Below are positions 62,001-64,000 of a stretch of DNA of 64,000 bases, piece after piece. The translations under genes were made by a program, and so were the position numbers. Location: the NCBI GenBank assembly GCA_964202905.1, contig CAXNJO010000001.1, positions 64,001 through 128,000 of the forward strand. Reading direction: 5' to 3'. This stretch comes from Polyangiales bacterium (lineage in GTDB: Bacteria; Myxococcota_A; Polyangia; Polyangiales; JADJQN01). Below the pieces are notes generated by a model. That model was not told the DNA's origin. It was given only the letters and a program-made list of their open reading frames with translations, and made no database searches. How positions within the stretch are numbered: position 1 is the stretch's first letter; every line of letters begins with the position of its first letter.

Positions 62001-63332
62001 GAAATCGCTGCGGCGCAGCACGACCTTGCCGCCCTCGACGCGGGCGCCCATCCCGGCGCGCGTCGCGTGCGCCGCGGCACCGCGCAGGTCGACCTCGAGC
62101 ACGAACTCCCCGACGAGCGGCGGCGTGCCTTCGCCGGCCATCGGGTACACGTAGGTGCGCGTGTCGCCGCGCCGCGCGAGCCACTCGGTGTAGCGGAGCT
62201 TGATGCGCACGGTCGCGCCCGCCGCGACGGGAAACACACGCGCGCGCAAGCGATCCGGGCCGTCGTAGGCGAGCGAACTCAGCGGATACGACGAATCCGC
62301 CCACGCGAGCGCCTGCCCCGTCGAGGTCGCCAGCGGCGCGACGCGCGCATCGACCCAGCCGGAGCCGAGATCGACCGCGAAGCCCGCGACGGTCGCGCCG
62401 TGCGGCAGCCGCATGCGGTACTCGGCCTCGAGCGCGTCGCTGCGCGCGTTGAAGAAGGTCTGTTCGATCTCGGTGGTCGCGAGGTCTCCGTCGATCGCCA
62501 CGGCGACCGAGTGGCTGCGCACCGCGAGCGGCGTGCGTGCGACGCCGCGCTCGTCGAGGCGGCGCCCGGCGAGCACCGCGACGGCCGAGAGGCTCGTGCG
62601 CGAGCGGGGCGTCGGGTCCGCGAGGCCGCCCGTCCAGTCGTCCCAGAGCGCCTCGCCGGCGACGGTGGGCGCGCCGCGCGCGGGGAGCCGCGCCGTCTCG
62701 CCCTGCACGACGCGGCCCTCGCCGCCGCTCGCGCGGTACGTGAGTTCGCCCGACGCGCAGTAGACCTCGGCGCCCTGCGGCGTGCGCGACACGGCGAAGG
62801 TCGCGCCCTGCGCCACGAGCGTGCCCGAGCCCGTGTCGACGGTCGTCTCCTCGCTGCTGCGCGCGTCGATCCACACGCGGCCCGCGGCGAGCTCCAGCCG
62901 CGTCAGCGCGAGCGTCGCGGCGGCGCCGCGGTCGAAGAGCACCCACGCGCCGGTGTCCATCGTGACGCTGCCGCGCCCATCCGCGCCCGCCGACACCCTG
63001 GCGCCGTCTTCGACGCGCGCGGGACCACGCACGCGCTCACTCCGCCCGCCACGCTCGAGCGTGAACCCGCCGCGGATCACGCGCGCGAGGCCCACGGTGG
63101 GCGCCGGGTCGGACGCGTCGCCACACGCCGCGAGCGACGCGACGACGAGCGCGACGAGGCCCGCGACGGCGGACCGCCCGAGACGCGCGCGGGGCACCGA
63201 GGCGAGGCGCGGCGCAGCGGCATGGCGCGGCGCAGAGGCGAGGCGCGGCACAGCGGCATGGCGCGGCGCACGGGGAAGGCGCGGCGCGTCGGCGCGGCGC
63301 GCGGTTCGGACTCGTCCAGCGAGCGTCGTCAT
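59013..63332 (-). CDS. Large lipoprotein: FecR-like, VIT, vWA, AgmX/PglI (TonB-C-like), TPR and DUF2135-like domains (~1439 aa)
   Basis: LAAC lipobox; VIT HSVAVAIDGDLATTEIEQTFFN; vWA LLVDVSGG and YLGDG; GCFDRRLVVRPDLAG...LSACVLTEVRGLRFP; TPRs; LFVALTWDHP; start overlaps upstream TGA. Confidence 0.85.
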   Translation of the reverse strand: MTTLAGRVRTARRADAPRLPRAPRHAAVPRLASAPRHAAAPRLASVPRARLGRSAVAGLVALVVASLAACGDASDPAPTVGLARVIRGGFTLERGGRSERVRGPARVEDGARVSAGADGRGSVTMDTGAWVLFDRGAAATLALTRLELAAGRVWIDARSSEETTVDTGSGTLVAQGATFAVSRTPQGAEVYCASGELTYRASGGEGRVVQGETARLPARGAPTVAGEALWDDWTGGLADPTPRSRTSLSAVAVLAGRRLDERGVARTPLAVRSHSVAVAIDGDLATTEIEQTFFNARSDALEAEYRMRLPHGATVAGFAVDLGSGWVDARVAPLATSTGQALAWADSSYPLSSLAYDGPDRLRARVFPVAAGATVRIKLRYTEWLARRGDTRTYVYPMAGEGTPPLVGEFVLEVDLRGAAAHATRAGMGARVEGGKVVLRRSDFAPRADFHLDLIDAKAPAADIASAYVVEAGAGGRGGAEGDERFVLVDVPADDAAEPPADAPLALVLLVDVSGGTAPEDLELARSVVEAVTRQLAPTDLLALQLADVGAYGAQGLPPGLSPATPATAEAMLGALGRVEPGGATDLARALRDAATVVAGQPRGAVLYLGDGLPTTGAVDMGAVRAALAAIEAPPRFFALGVGDGANVDLLRGLFGGQAAPVRERTEAARAVMGVLAEAARPTLRGVTVDAGPTIERVYPRGPLVVEQGGRVRLVGRLRGALPASIALRGVRDGKPVERTLKLEKRSVDDGGDVRRRWAAARLADLLDEDAGREALVELGVRFDMVTPWTSLVVGTAPPTGYPPVTGFDVDPSEIAWGIGGGGAALDVDALGAGEGWRRRGRRAAPEPASLPESTWQPRVPSVDDASTDAAPIGAGDGGLAAAAVQRVLALGGRGPQGCFDRRLVVRPDLAGALGVALEVDGRGSVAKLDVARDTLGDAELSACVLTEVRGLRFPATGAAGVVRVSHVFAFDLPTRALGTRRRCSDAAGQDLEVRAALWRERLAANPGVDGALSVWREALGACELETWRDRRTLLDKLLAHAGSVDAQLRLHQALRGDGAVATYLRQAILRRVRTPSEVDAVRRGLGLEVPLDWAFFARLFRAQPTPALRLALVRRWLEVAPDETDLRLRLLALLEETGALGEAKRLARALRADPFADARVRTAIGEFWLRQGDEKEARRVLSEVVELAPLDPWARQRLGDLYRAHGWADDALREYQMLARLRPNDGDVMLLLARAAADAGRLDEALRLEQRLAETVESGVDAGAAGLARLWTLVRLARLRAAGPDATRLAQLRERERGAGALRDPPALFVALTWDHPDDAPTLHARFPSTAVDVAWEPATASGPAFGIEAIRVREREEGDYLFEVRRADRDALRPVDAELLLVSAPGTPSPRVVTARVQLTRETRARRYRLGADGTLVEQPVTAASETPPATRVAAPR
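63199..63270. repeat. 36-bp tandem repeat x2 (plus degenerate third) in signal-peptide n-region
   Basis: gaggcgaggcgcggc(g/a)cagcggcatggcgcggcgca x2, encoding APRHAA(V/A)PRLAS. Confidence 0.85.
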
Positions 63333-64000
63333 CACATCCCCTCCCGGCCGCCGAGCGCACGCGCAGCGTCGCTGAGCGGCGCGTCTTCGACCGCCGTCGC
63401 GCGGATGCGCCACGCCTGCGCGCGATGCGTCGCGTCGAAGCGCAGCGGCACCACCACCACGCGCTCACTCGCCGTGCCCTCGTTCCACACGGCGACGAGC
63501 CGTGCGTCGATCGCCGTGCGCGGATCGCCGCCGGTGCGCCGCACCTCGAGCGCGTAGAAGCCCCGCTCCTGCTCACGCACGTCGAAGGCCTCGAGGCCGT
63601 ACTCCGGCGAGAGATCGTCGGGCCTCGCGAGCAGCCCATCCGGGTGTCCCGCCCACAGCGAGAGCCCTGCGTCCGGATGCGACCACACGAGCGACACCCG
63701 CAGCGCCCCCGCCTCGCGCAGCACGCCCGAGCGCCGCATGCGCTGCGCGAGCGCCGCCAGCTTCGCCGAATCGCCCGCGTCGCGTGCGGCCTTGCGCAGC
63801 TCGGCGTAGCGCACCGACGACCAGAGCAGCGCCGTCCGCGCGAGCCCCGCGGACGCGCCCGGCGCCGCGGTCTCGGTGAGCTTCTGCTCGAGGCGGAGCG
63901 CCTCGTCGACGCGCCCCGCGCCGGCCGCAGCCTGCGCGAGCAGCAACGAGACGGCCGGGTCGTCGGGGCGAATCGTCGCGAGCGTCTGGTACTGCCGGTA
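63332..64000 (-). CDS. C-terminal part of a paralogue of the VIT/TPR protein (partial)
   Basis: YRQYQTLATIRPDDPAVSLLLAQAAAGAGRVDEALRLEQKL aligns with LREYQMLARLRPNDGDVMLLLARAAADAGRLDEALRLEQRL; LRVSLVWSHPD. Confidence 0.85.
   Translation of the reverse strand, partial: YRQYQTLATIRPDDPAVSLLLAQAAAGAGRVDEALRLEQKLTETAAPGASAGLARTALLWSSVRYAELRKAARDAGDSAKLAALAQRMRRSGVLREAGALRVSLVWSHPDAGLSLWAGHPDGLLARPDDLSPEYGLEAFDVREQERGFYALEVRRTGGDPRTAIDARLVAVWNEGTASERVVVVPLRFDATHRAQAWRIRATAVEDAPLSDAARALGGREGM

Noticed and set aside
63199..63270. 36-bp repeats as a CRISPR array
   Set aside because: Directly adjacent copies with no spacers, in-frame coding, no cas genes
57228..63557. 2109-aa plus-strand ORF
   Set aside because: Antisense shadow of the MCP, TPR and VIT genes; R/A/G-rich with no motifs; stop codons are scarce at this GC content

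Overview
Very GC-rich (roughly 75% by eye), gene-dense chromosomal segment. MYXO-CTERM, AgmX/PglI-like, Ser/Thr kinase and many Cys-rich D-A-G-linker lipoprotein genes point to a myxobacterium (Myxococcota, probably Polyangia/Sandaracinaceae-like; this is an inference). About 47 CDSs are supportable. Housekeeping genes include truC, arfB, tamB plus a BamA/TamA-family gene, a clpB paralogue, ctaA-like, ybaK, mpl, suhB, gyrB and tatBC, interleaved with envelope and surface genes. I saw no rRNA, tRNA, CRISPR array, IS or phage genes. Most notable candidates: (1) a TraB-like OmpA/TSP3 barrel gene followed by a TraA-architecture Cys-rich MYXO-CTERM gene, in reversed order and with an apparently non-PA14 head domain; (2) a thioredoxin lipoprotein / DUF6029-like barrel with C-terminal Cys pair / TlpA triad, possibly a trans-outer-membrane redox relay; (3) two divergent lipoprotein genes whose identical 30-bp lipobox segments form an in-frame inverted repeat around their shared promoter; (4) tandem paralogous genes, the complete one a FecR-VIT-vWA-AgmX/TonB-C-TPR lipoprotein, followed by a TPR lipoprotein and a sensorless MCP; (5) two pseudo-enzymes, a His-less hybrid kinase and a ClpB with degenerate NBD1; (6) a covarying intergenic palindrome found twice; (7) single-base indels confined to four poorly conserved genes, which may be assembly errors. 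All family assignments are from motif recall, not database searches.
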